Source: Spartobacteria bacterium (GTDB lineage Bacteria > Verrucomicrobiota > Verrucomicrobiia > Chthoniobacterales > Chthoniobacteraceae). From it: a stretch of 64,000 bases of DNA. The DNA is taken from NCBI GenBank assembly GCA_031389825.1, contig JANMSW010000048.1:49197-113196 (forward strand), in the 5' to 3' direction. The position numbers and the translations under genes are program-made. The notes beneath the pieces are model-generated. The model did not search any database. It worked only from the letters and a program-made list of their open reading frames with translations, and was not told the DNA's origin. This document shows, one piece after another, positions 16,079-24,809 of this stretch; the stretch's first letter is position 1, and every line of letters starts with the position of its first letter.

Positions 16079-17641
16079 ATGGCCATGGATTTCGATGTCG
16101 TGATCATCGGCGGCGCCTTCTCAGGTGCTTCGACGGGGCTGCTGCTGAAGCGGCGGAATCCCTCCTGGAGCGTGCTGATCGTTGAAAAGGCAGAGGAGTT
16201 TGACCGGAAGGTCGGTGAATCCACCACCGAGGTGAGCTCGTGCTTTATGACCCGCGTCCTGGGGCTCACGAGCTACCTTGGGCACCATCAGTTGCCCAAG
16301 CAGGGATTGCGGATGTGGTTTGCGCGGTCGCCCAGTGAGCCCTTTGAAGACTGCGCGGAGATCGGTGCAAAGTACAACTCGCGGCTCCCGGGCTTTCAGG
16401 TGGATCGCGCAACTCTTGATGAGCACATGCTACATCTCGCGATCGAGGCGGGCTGCGAGCTCTGGCGACCTGCGAGAGTTACCAACCTGGATCTTGGCGG
16501 CATCGATGCGAACTCCATTGAGGTCAAATTCGGCCAGGATGTCCGCCGCGCTCGGGCGAAATGGGTGATCGATGCCAGCGGCCGGGCTGCCGTGATTGCT
16601 AGAAAGCGAGGGACGCTTCGCCCGCTCCCGGAGCACCCCGTTAATGCGCTTTGGGGACGTTTTACGGGCGTGAAGGATTGGGACGGGCATGAGCTGCGGG
16701 CCAAGTATCCGGGATGGGCGGAGCGCACCAAAACCGCTCGCGGCTGGGCGACAAATCACTTGGTAGGTCTCGGCTGGTGGTGCTGGATCATCCCGCTGAA
16801 GGGTGGCGACGTAAGCGTGGGACTGGTCTACGACACCCGTCTCTTTCAGCCGCCGAGCGGGACAAGCATCGGGGACCGTTTGAAGACGCACTTCGACTCA
16901 CATCCGGTGGGACGGGAAATCCTCGGCGATGCAGAGATCGTTGCGGGCGATCAACGCGCCTTCTCGGCGCTGCCGTATGTGAGTACCGAGATCGCTGGCG
17001 AAGGCTGGGTATCGGTCGGCGATGCGGCCGGCTTCATCGATCCGCTTTATAGCCCAGGGCTGGATTTTTGCGCGTTCACGGCTCACGGCGGCTACTCTCT
17101 GGTGGCACGGTCTCTGGAGGGCGATAGCGTGGTCGGGGATGAGGCGAGCTGGAACGAACGCTACGCCTTCTGCTATCGAGCCTGGTTCGAATCGATCTAT
17201 CGGGATAAGTATTTCTACCTGGGCGATGCCGAAATCATGGCAGCGGCTTTTCTGCACGACATCGCCTCTTACCACCTCGGTCCAGTCAGGCAGGTCTATG
17301 CCGATCCGGCACGGCATTTTGATCTTTTCCCGTTCGATGGCACTCCGGGCAAGGTCGTAGCCCGCATGATGACCTTCTTCAATCAGCGACTTGTCGTGCT
17401 GGCGAAGAAGAAGCTTGCGGCGGGAGCGTACGGCGATCGGAACGCAAACTGGCAGCTGCTTGTCGGAGGCTTTCTCCCAGACGCATCTTCGGGCAAGCTG
17501 TTAGCCAAGGCCTTCTGGCGCTTGCTTAGGCTGGAGCTCCGATGCCTCTTCCTCAAAGGTGGCGGCGGAATGTCGATGCCCACAGTACCAGTAATCAAAG
17601 CACCGATCGCCAAAGAAGAGCCGGTGCTCTTGGAGACGTAA
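16079..17641 (+). CDS. FAD-dependent oxidoreductase (halogenase / geranylgeranyl-reductase-like)
   Basis: N-terminal dinucleotide fold FDVVIIGGAFSGAS...VLIVEK. GDAAGFIDPLYSPG motif. Confidence 0.8.
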   Translation: MAMDFDVVIIGGAFSGASTGLLLKRRNPSWSVLIVEKAEEFDRKVGESTTEVSSCFMTRVLGLTSYLGHHQLPKQGLRMWFARSPSEPFEDCAEIGAKYNSRLPGFQVDRATLDEHMLHLAIEAGCELWRPARVTNLDLGGIDANSIEVKFGQDVRRARAKWVIDASGRAAVIARKRGTLRPLPEHPVNALWGRFTGVKDWDGHELRAKYPGWAERTKTARGWATNHLVGLGWWCWIIPLKGGDVSVGLVYDTRLFQPPSGTSIGDRLKTHFDSHPVGREILGDAEIVAGDQRAFSALPYVSTEIAGEGWVSVGDAAGFIDPLYSPGLDFCAFTAHGGYSLVARSLEGDSVVGDEASWNERYAFCYRAWFESIYRDKYFYLGDAEIMAAAFLHDIASYHLGPVRQVYADPARHFDLFPFDGTPGKVVARMMTFFNQRLVVLAKKKLAAGAYGDRNANWQLLVGGFLPDASSGKLLAKAFWRLLRLELRCLFLKGGGGMSMPTVPVIKAPIAKEEPVLLET

Positions 17642-17795
17642 CGTTCCGGCTACTTCGAAGATCCGAAGCGCGGCTGCCGCTGCAGCCTCGCGCAGGTGCA
17701 GCTTTACCCCCCTGCTGACCGGATAAATCGACCTCGAGGTACCCGCTATTCAGTTCGGAGTGCCCGCTTCTTTGTATTGGATCCCAGCAAGCCAG

Positions 17796-18932
17796 TTACG
17801 CGACAATGGGCTCGGTGCGTTTGGGTGCGGGGACTGGTTCTGGTTCTGTTTCAGGCGGAGTATACTTCCTCAGCATCTCGGAGGTGGGCTGGTTGAGATG
17901 CTTTTGCAAATCGATGGGGCGTTGTCCGCGCTTGTTACGGACGAGGGAATCGGCACCGAGCAGGAGCAGCGTTTGCACGGCTTCATCATTACTTTGCGCG
18001 ACTGCGACATGCAGGGGCGTGTTGCCTTGCTTGTCGGTGGCATTGAGAAGATCGACCGCCCTGCTGTGGAGACAATCAATCACCCGGCGGTCGAACGTCG
18101 CGCGGTTCATCACGGCACAATGCATCGCACTCGAGCCATCCGCGGTCTGAGCATCGATAGACGCTCCGTGACTGAGCAGTTCCTTGATTCCCTCGAAGTT
18201 CGAACAGTTAGCCGCCTCATGCAGGACGGTGCGGCCTCGGGAGTTCGCGGCATCGGGCGGGGCACCCGCAGCGAGGAGAAGCCGGGCACAGGAGAGGGTG
18301 CGAGACCGCGTCTTCTCAGACTCGAGCGAAGTGGCGCGGGAGAAAACGCGATGCAGCGGAGTCTCACGGTCGCCAAGGCTGACGCCCCGCGGATTAGCCT
18401 TCTTCTCGAGCAAATAAGTAATGAGTTCCACATCGCGGCGTTCGGCAGCGCGATGGAGGGCCGTCTCTGAGCTCGAGCGGGCCGAACTCTTTTTGGTGTC
18501 GGCAGCATCGATGGCCGCGCCTCGGGTGAGCAGCAGATCGAGCAAGGCACGATCCCAGCCGTCACGGCAGGCATGCTGGAAGGGCGTGCGACCGTCTCGG
18601 GAACGTTGATTCATGTCAGCGCCGCGGTCGAGCAGCCAGCGCACGACTTGGAGGCGTTCAGCAGCGCGGGCGGGCAGGCCTTCGACTGCCCAATGCAGTG
18701 CAGCTTTACCCGCCGGGCCGGGGCTAAGGCTGCAGAGGTCTGCTTCTCCGGTGGGAAGGGCGGCCACGTCACTGCATCGGCACGCTTCGTGCAGTGTGAA
18801 GAGGGTATCATCCGCCGCAATGAGTCGAGTCGGGGTCGTGGCGAGGATGAACGACAAGAACACGCTTCCACTCTTCGACACGATGCCCGCCCTTCGCCTG
18901 AACCAGCTCTGGAGATTCCTTCTCGTTTTCAT
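17796..18932 (-). CDS. ankyrin-repeat protein with N-terminal signal-like segment
   Basis: Multiple ANK units (TPLHVAV..LLLLGAD, TVLHEAA..LLSHGAS, TALHRAA..). Start taken at MKTRRNL (ATG 18932). Confidence 0.8.
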   Translation of the reverse strand: MKTRRNLQSWFRRRAGIVSKSGSVFLSFILATTPTRLIAADDTLFTLHEACRCSDVAALPTGEADLCSLSPGPAGKAALHWAVEGLPARAAERLQVVRWLLDRGADMNQRSRDGRTPFQHACRDGWDRALLDLLLTRGAAIDAADTKKSSARSSSETALHRAAERRDVELITYLLEKKANPRGVSLGDRETPLHRVFSRATSLESEKTRSRTLSCARLLLAAGAPPDAANSRGRTVLHEAANCSNFEGIKELLSHGASIDAQTADGSSAMHCAVMNRATFDRRVIDCLHSRAVDLLNATDKQGNTPLHVAVAQSNDEAVQTLLLLGADSLVRNKRGQRPIDLQKHLNQPTSEMLRKYTPPETEPEPVPAPKRTEPIVA

Positions 18933-20169
18933 TGGTGTCGTGTTAGTGCAAGGCGCGTGCCGTGGCGTGGAGGCGCCGCTAGCGCATCTTCCTGAGATGC
19001 CGCGCGACCCGCGGATCCTGGCGGAGATCGGTGCCACTGCCGCGTTCACCGCGCCACACAAGGTGGAAGAGATCCGCTGGTCAGCCGATGGCCGGTGGTT
19101 TTTCACGGCAGACAAGTATCGGCCGCTTGTGACCCAATTCGACGCAAAGAGCGGCTTGGTGCAGCGGCGCATCCAGGCGGATATGAGAACTCTCGCCGCT
19201 TCGGCGGAAGCCATCGTAGCGTTTGAAAAGCTCGCAGAGGGGTCGTCAACGCCAGGGCGGTTCGGCTGCTGGAATCTCCATGATCTCTCCGGCCGTTGGG
19301 TGGTGCCCGACGTGAGTTCAGTGGCGGCGGTCTGCTTCTCGCCCGATGGAAAGCGGGTGGCTGTGAGCTATCAGACAACGAAGGCTCCGACAAAAAGCAT
19401 GCTTCCAAATGGCCAGCAGCGTATCAATTACAGCGGCTCGCAGAAATCGCAGATGGCACTCCTCGACACAGCGATGGGCAAGGAGCTCTGGCGCACCGAC
19501 GTGCAATCGCTCCCTTCAGCGTTAGCGTTCGTTACTGACAATCTCATTGTGGCGCGCATCCATGGATTTGAAATCTACGATGCACTGACCGGACAGAAGA
19601 GCGGCAAACTCGCAGACAGCCGCGGCCATACGCCCGATCCAAAGCACATGCTCTGTGACGCGAACCCTCGCGACGGGACGATCCTGCTCGCTTGGGAAGG
19701 GGAATGCCAGATGTGGAGGGTGAGTTCGGCGCAGCAGACGACGCCACTTCTCATTGTCCGCCCAGACACAGAGGGGATCTTCCGCAGCGCCTCCCTCTCG
19801 CGGGCCGACGGTTCAGTCTTCATTCTTACCAATACCGAAGGTCGCATCTACGCACCTGCGGAACGAGGTCGGTTTCGGAAGGTGACGGAGTCAGCATGGC
19901 TGAGCGCGGCAAGTCCGGCGGGCGATCTCATCGCCATGACTCACGGTCCCCAGGTGTCGATTGTCCCGACCACCACTTGGACCCGGCCGGTGCAACCTGC
20001 GGTATTCGAGCACGGAGTGAAACGTATGGAGTTCAACGCAGATGGAACGCTGCTCGCCGCTGCTACCTGCGGGAAAAACACGCCGCTCGGGCAGATCCTG
20101 TTCTTCGATGCGGAGAGCTACCGCTTTGCCGGTCGCCTCGAGTCCGTCGATGGGATCTCGTCGCGTTGA
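18847..20169 (+). CDS. beta-propeller (WD40-like) protein with N-terminal TM/signal segment
   Basis: WRFLLVFIGVVLV hydrophobic segment, then repeated FSPDGKRVAVS / FNADGTLLAA type blades. Start uncertain (18820/18847/18883). Confidence 0.6.
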   Translation: MNDKNTLPLFDTMPALRLNQLWRFLLVFIGVVLVQGACRGVEAPLAHLPEMPRDPRILAEIGATAAFTAPHKVEEIRWSADGRWFFTADKYRPLVTQFDAKSGLVQRRIQADMRTLAASAEAIVAFEKLAEGSSTPGRFGCWNLHDLSGRWVVPDVSSVAAVCFSPDGKRVAVSYQTTKAPTKSMLPNGQQRINYSGSQKSQMALLDTAMGKELWRTDVQSLPSALAFVTDNLIVARIHGFEIYDALTGQKSGKLADSRGHTPDPKHMLCDANPRDGTILLAWEGECQMWRVSSAQQTTPLLIVRPDTEGIFRSASLSRADGSVFILTNTEGRIYAPAERGRFRKVTESAWLSAASPAGDLIAMTHGPQVSIVPTTTWTRPVQPAVFEHGVKRMEFNADGTLLAAATCGKNTPLGQILFFDAESYRFAGRLESVDGISSR

Positions 20170-20258
20170 AGCACGGATGGCGGACGCGATCAGAAAATTT
20201 GGAGAGCGCTGGTCGGGAGTTGATTGCGTGGGAACCGCCCGAGGACGAGAACCCAGGG

Positions 20259-20933
20259 ATGATGCAGCTGGCTCGGAGCGCTGACGGGCGGCAGTGGGGT
20301 CTAATCGATGGCACCAAACGCCCTTTTGTTTTCGAGTTGCCCGCCGCCGGCGAGATGTCGGGTGGGAAGCTGCTTCCATTTACCCTCACAAAGCACCAGA
20401 TCGACCCAGCGAGTTTGTGGATGGCCTTCTCTCCGGACGGGGGCCGGGTTGCGGTGAAGCGTCACGAAAGGCTCGAGATCTATAGCGTTGCCGAGCGCGC
20501 GCTGGAGCATCAGTTCCGTTTGCTATTTGGTTCCAACGCTTTCGCCTTTGCACCTGATGGAAGGACCTTTGCTCATCACGATGGCGCGGAACCACACCAG
20601 ATCACACTGCGCGGCTGCGAGTCCGGCGAGGCGACAATGGCTCTACCGCTGGCAGGTGATCAGGGGAAGGCGCTTACCGCCACGTGGATCGCCTATTCGC
20701 CGAAGTCGGAGTTCCTTGTTGTCGCCGTCAGCGACGCCGCCCGCTCCTGGACGGGTTTTCAGGTCTGGGATCTGGCGACTGCGCGGCTTGTCGCAAGCGT
20801 GCAGACTGCACGGGGAGAAGTAATGGAACTTGCCTTTCGCCCCGACGGGCAGCGTCTCGCGACCTTGAATGGCGATCGCTCGATATCCGTATGGGAATTT
20901 GCGTCGATCACACGCCCGGCTGTGTCTAAATAG
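20259..20933 (+). CDS. beta-propeller (WD40-like) protein, or the frameshifted continuation of the preceding gene
   Basis: Blades FSPDGGRVAV, FAPDGRTFAH, YSPKSEFLVV, FRPDGQRLATLNGDRSISVWE. An alternative TTG start at 20166 overlaps the upstream stop as TTGA. Confidence 0.5.
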   Translation: MMQLARSADGRQWGLIDGTKRPFVFELPAAGEMSGGKLLPFTLTKHQIDPASLWMAFSPDGGRVAVKRHERLEIYSVAERALEHQFRLLFGSNAFAFAPDGRTFAHHDGAEPHQITLRGCESGEATMALPLAGDQGKALTATWIAYSPKSEFLVVAVSDAARSWTGFQVWDLATARLVASVQTARGEVMELAFRPDGQRLATLNGDRSISVWEFASITRPAVSK

Positions 20934-21078
20934 GTTTGTTTGAGGATCTGTTTACGTCGCAGACATCGGCGTGAATGTCTGGGCGTTCATCCACATGTCC
21001 GCCTCGCTCTAATCCCTGTCCCTCGGTGCGCAAAACGGCTGGGCAGGAAAGGCAGTCACTTCGTCTACGTTCTCTGCT

Positions 21079-22059
21079 CTAGTACTCCGCCAAAACGGGC
21101 CAATGGAACCAGACGTGGAACTCATCCCCGATCAGCCGTGCGCCTAAATATTGAGCGGCGACTGCTTCCTCTGGGGAGTTGAGACCGAAGGCATTTGCGA
21201 CGAATTGCGCTGCCACGCTCAGCCCGGAGCCGGAGCCGGTTGTGGATACGCCGTACTTGAAGAGTGTCCCCAAATCTATCGATTGAAGATGCTTTAAATC
21301 AGCTTCACTTACGGTATTGACCACCACCAACCGGAGGTTCTCTCCGCTCGCGTCGGGTACTGGGAGGAGGGCGAGCTTTAAGTGGTCGGTCGCAGCATGG
21401 CGGCAAGCGTTGTTCAAGAGATTGTAGAGAATGCGATCGAGCGCGCCGAATTCGACGCAGCACTCGGAAATCGCCACGTGTTCAGGGCACACCACCTCGA
21501 GGTGCACGGCGCGTCCATGGGAGCGGAGAAGAGCGCCGCTGTGCTTTTCCGCAATCATCCGTGTGTCGTGAATCTTGGGGAGCAAGTCAGCCTCGCGGGT
21601 TGCATCATCCAGCTGCAAAAGTGCGTTGCGCATGATCTTCAGGTGATCGCGCGAAAGGAAGTACAAGGCATCCATGGCCACGGCGTGACGTTCGATCTCC
21701 ACGAACTGCAGGAGACCGAGAAGGGGAGTGAGTCCTCCGCCACGCACATCGTGAATGGTCTTGGATAGAAGCGGTGATGAGTCGACCGCGCAGCTTGCCG
21801 GCCCGAGCCGCCGAGTCATTTCCACGATTTGGTCTGCAGACCTTTCCCCAAGTAGGGCAAGCAGTGCATCGTGCCGACTCTCGCCCGACCCATCCTTGAC
21901 GATTGCGCAGAGCCGCTTCAGGAAGGCGTAAAGATCTCGGATGATCGCCTGATCGCTCGTGGCGAGCCCGCTCATCGCTACACAGAGATCATCGCCCTGA
22001 TATCTGCGGACACGTTTGTTTCGCAGATGCAACGGAGCAAGGTCGCGAAGGTTGTTCAT
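21079..22059 (-). CDS. soluble histidine-kinase-like (GHKL) protein
   Basis: H-box-like IHDVRGGGLTPLLG, N-box LYNLLNNACRHA and G-box TTGSGSGLSV. No TM segment. Start at MNNLRDL (ATG 22059). Confidence 0.65.
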   Translation of the reverse strand: MNNLRDLAPLHLRNKRVRRYQGDDLCVAMSGLATSDQAIIRDLYAFLKRLCAIVKDGSGESRHDALLALLGERSADQIVEMTRRLGPASCAVDSSPLLSKTIHDVRGGGLTPLLGLLQFVEIERHAVAMDALYFLSRDHLKIMRNALLQLDDATREADLLPKIHDTRMIAEKHSGALLRSHGRAVHLEVVCPEHVAISECCVEFGALDRILYNLLNNACRHAATDHLKLALLPVPDASGENLRLVVVNTVSEADLKHLQSIDLGTLFKYGVSTTGSGSGLSVAAQFVANAFGLNSPEEAVAAQYLGARLIGDEFHVWFHWPVLAEY

Positions 22060-22087
22060 CGGAGGGAGGGTAGAAACGTCACGGGGC

Positions 22088-24694
22088 TCAAAGGAAGCTT
22101 CTCTGACGCAGTGTTTCTTCTGCAGCCAGTTCCGTTTTATGGCGAGTCTGCAACCGGAACCGTATCGTTGAGAGCAGTAGAATCGCCCCGGCGAACGAAA
22201 GGCCTGCCGGTTCAGGGATGACGCGGAGCGCAATGTCGTTGCCGTCTCCGCCCGTGTAGAAGATCTGGAACACGTTCGTACCGGTGGCGAGCACCTGCTG
22301 GTCGAAGCTGCCCGTTGGTGCGAGTTCGAAAGGGAGATCCACAATGGTGAGTTCGAAACCAAGCGGAAGCACGGCGCTGCCGAGATCCACGATCATGAGT
22401 TCTGCGCCCTTCGCGATCGTGAGCCCGCCTTCCAGAAGAGAAACTCGATAGTTGAGTCGGAGGTCCGAGTTCAGGTCGAGGCGAATCACCGCGTCCGAGA
22501 GGAGGGAAAGACTTCTCAGCATGAGCGTGCCGAATCTGGCGGCAGGTGTGCTGCTTCGCGTAGGATCGCTGCTGCCTGGTGAGAGGAAGGCCTCGCCCGG
22601 CAGGCCGTCGCCGAGAATCACCTCCCCATAGTACCCGATCGAACCCTCGTCCGTAATGCCGGAAAGCGTGCCCCGGAGTATCTCCACGCGGGCTGCGGCA
22701 AGCGTTCCGCTGAGTTCGACCGTGGGGCCATCAACCACCAGTTTATCCGTGAAATCGTTGGATGTGCTACGCAACGAAAGCTTCCCGGGTCCAAGCAGCC
22801 TCAGGCCCGTGAAGGTTCCCGTGGCAGGATTGCTGGTCTGCCGCAACGCTCCGGACAGAATCGTGTGATTCCGGAGTTCCAGCGTGTGCCGGATGGTCTC
22901 TCCAGAGGGTTTAAGGAGCCTGAAATCTCCAAGGAATTCGATGTCGCCACCTTGGATCACCGCGGCGCCTCCACTGGTGGAACCGCCAAGCGTTACGTCA
23001 ATCAGTGCCCGGGCACTTCCGGTAAGGTTCGGAATGGGATCGCCCGGAGGAGCGGCGATCTCCAGCGTGCCGTAGTTGAGTTCCAAGGTGCTACCTCCGA
23101 GTGCAGCGGCCGAGGAAATGAGCACCCGTCCGCCGTTTACGGGAGCGGTCGTTGATTCCGAAGTGCCAATCCGCAGGCCAATGGAGCCTGTGCCACCGGC
23201 TTGCAGATCGAGAGTCCCTGGCCCGAGTTTTTGCAATTTGTAGCGCCCGGTTCCGATGCTCGACCGATAGATCCCGGAAATTGTGAGATCGATGTCTGAG
23301 GAGCCATCAGCCACCACCACGCTACGAGTCGCGCCCTCGAGATCAACACCCTCAAGCAGCCTGGCAGTGCCGCTGACCTGCTGGGTCGTGATCCCGCCTA
23401 CGCCGATCCGCAGGCCGGAGGCGGTCCGCAGCGTAGTGGGTTCGAGGAAGGTGAGCGCCCTGGCACGAGCCACGGTGCCGAGGAGTTCCACTTCTCCACC
23501 TGCCACCGAAAGATCTTGGAAGTCTGCGTCGCCACTGGTCGAGAGGCGCGCGCCCGCGGCGACGGAGAGCGTGCCCTTGCCGGTAAGTTCACGCGGGCCG
23601 AGATCGACACTAGCTGTCGCCTGGAGCGTTCCGCCGTTGAGGAAGAGCGCGTTCGACGCTGATCCGAGGGCTGAACTGGAGGCGACCGAGAGAGTCCCAC
23701 CGTTGACGCTTATCGTTCCCGTGAACTGGTTTGCACGGCTGAGCGTGAGCGTCCCGTCGCCTCCTTTCCATAGGCCTGTATTGCCCTTTATGACGGCATC
23801 GATCGTTGCGAAATCGCTGGGACGTGTGACCCAGACCCGCCCATTGCGTCCTTCAAGCGTGAGCGAGCCGCCTTGTAGGACGAATCCCGTGGACTCGAAC
23901 CGCACGCCGCCTTCTGAAGTGACGCCGGCAGCACCGATCTGAATGATCTTTGGCCCCGCCCCCATGCTGCTGAAGATCGCAGCGTGAGAGGCCGGATAGC
24001 TAAGAAGCGGGCCCGTCCCCGCAGCGTCGGCGGTCCAGTTGGTCGCGGTGTGATTCCACGCTCCGCCACCCGGGAGAGCCCAATGAAGCGGGACGGCAGG
24101 CGCGATGTAAGTGTTTCCTGTCACCGAGAAGTTGTCCACCCGGCTCGCTCCGGCAGTGGCGGTCGAAGCGGCGGCAGCGATAAGTCGAAACCAGACTTCC
24201 ACCGCGTTGTTCAGCGGAGCAAGACGCCCAAGATCGGCGCTGATGTTCACCTCAGGCTTCACGCTGCCACTCACAAAGGTGCCCGTGGAAACTGCATACC
24301 TGGGGAGCGCTACGGTGAAGTCCGTGCCATTTGTGCTGTACGCAAGATCGAAGGTAGCCGGCCCGGTGCCGCTCCTCGACTGATCCCACGAGAGCACCAG
24401 ATCCTGATATCCGATAGTCGCCAGGCGGAACTCGTAGTAGTCGCCAATCGCCCACCGAGTCGAACTGAACGACTCCGCCGAGCCGTTCCCGACAGGATCG
24501 CTGTATGCCGCAGCGGCGTCTGCGTGGAAGCCGCGAGCCGCACCAGTGCCCACCTCGGCAGCGTGTGGCCCCGCTGTGAGTGGGATCGTTGTTTCGAAAG
24601 TCCACAGCGCAAGCGTGTCTGCCGCCTGCCCCGGAGTCGCCAGCAGGAGGAGGAGCGTCCCTGAAATCCGGCTCGTCGCTGAGTGCACGTTCAT
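22088..24694 (-). CDS. large surface protein with autotransporter-associated beta-strand repeats and a PEP-CTERM anchor
   Basis: Signal peptide LLLLLATPGQA. Repeated GGDGTLTLSRANQFTGTISVNGGTL-type units. C-terminal VIPEPAGLSFAGAILLL..R-rich tail. Confidence 0.85.
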   Translation of the reverse strand: MNVHSATSRISGTLLLLLATPGQAADTLALWTFETTIPLTAGPHAAEVGTGAARGFHADAAAAYSDPVGNGSAESFSSTRWAIGDYYEFRLATIGYQDLVLSWDQSRSGTGPATFDLAYSTNGTDFTVALPRYAVSTGTFVSGSVKPEVNISADLGRLAPLNNAVEVWFRLIAAAASTATAGASRVDNFSVTGNTYIAPAVPLHWALPGGGAWNHTATNWTADAAGTGPLLSYPASHAAIFSSMGAGPKIIQIGAAGVTSEGGVRFESTGFVLQGGSLTLEGRNGRVWVTRPSDFATIDAVIKGNTGLWKGGDGTLTLSRANQFTGTISVNGGTLSVASSSALGSASNALFLNGGTLQATASVDLGPRELTGKGTLSVAAGARLSTSGDADFQDLSVAGGEVELLGTVARARALTFLEPTTLRTASGLRIGVGGITTQQVSGTARLLEGVDLEGATRSVVVADGSSDIDLTISGIYRSSIGTGRYKLQKLGPGTLDLQAGGTGSIGLRIGTSESTTAPVNGGRVLISSAAALGGSTLELNYGTLEIAAPPGDPIPNLTGSARALIDVTLGGSTSGGAAVIQGGDIEFLGDFRLLKPSGETIRHTLELRNHTILSGALRQTSNPATGTFTGLRLLGPGKLSLRSTSNDFTDKLVVDGPTVELSGTLAAARVEILRGTLSGITDEGSIGYYGEVILGDGLPGEAFLSPGSSDPTRSSTPAARFGTLMLRSLSLLSDAVIRLDLNSDLRLNYRVSLLEGGLTIAKGAELMIVDLGSAVLPLGFELTIVDLPFELAPTGSFDQQVLATGTNVFQIFYTGGDGNDIALRVIPEPAGLSFAGAILLLSTIRFRLQTRHKTELAAEETLRQRSFL

Positions 24695-24809
24695 CTCCGG
24701 GTTCCCATGGGCGTGCGGGTTGTAACAGCGTCCACCGATGCTTCGAGGGAATTCGGCGCTGGGTTTGCGCTTCCGCCCCGGCCACCCTTATCGTACGCGC
24801 CCCGTCTGC

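Noticed and set aside
20934-21078. Hairpin CAGACAT..ATGTCTG between the convergent propeller and kinase genes, considered as a terminator.
   Set aside because: The stem is short at 7 bp and there is no T-run on either strand. This is too weak to call.
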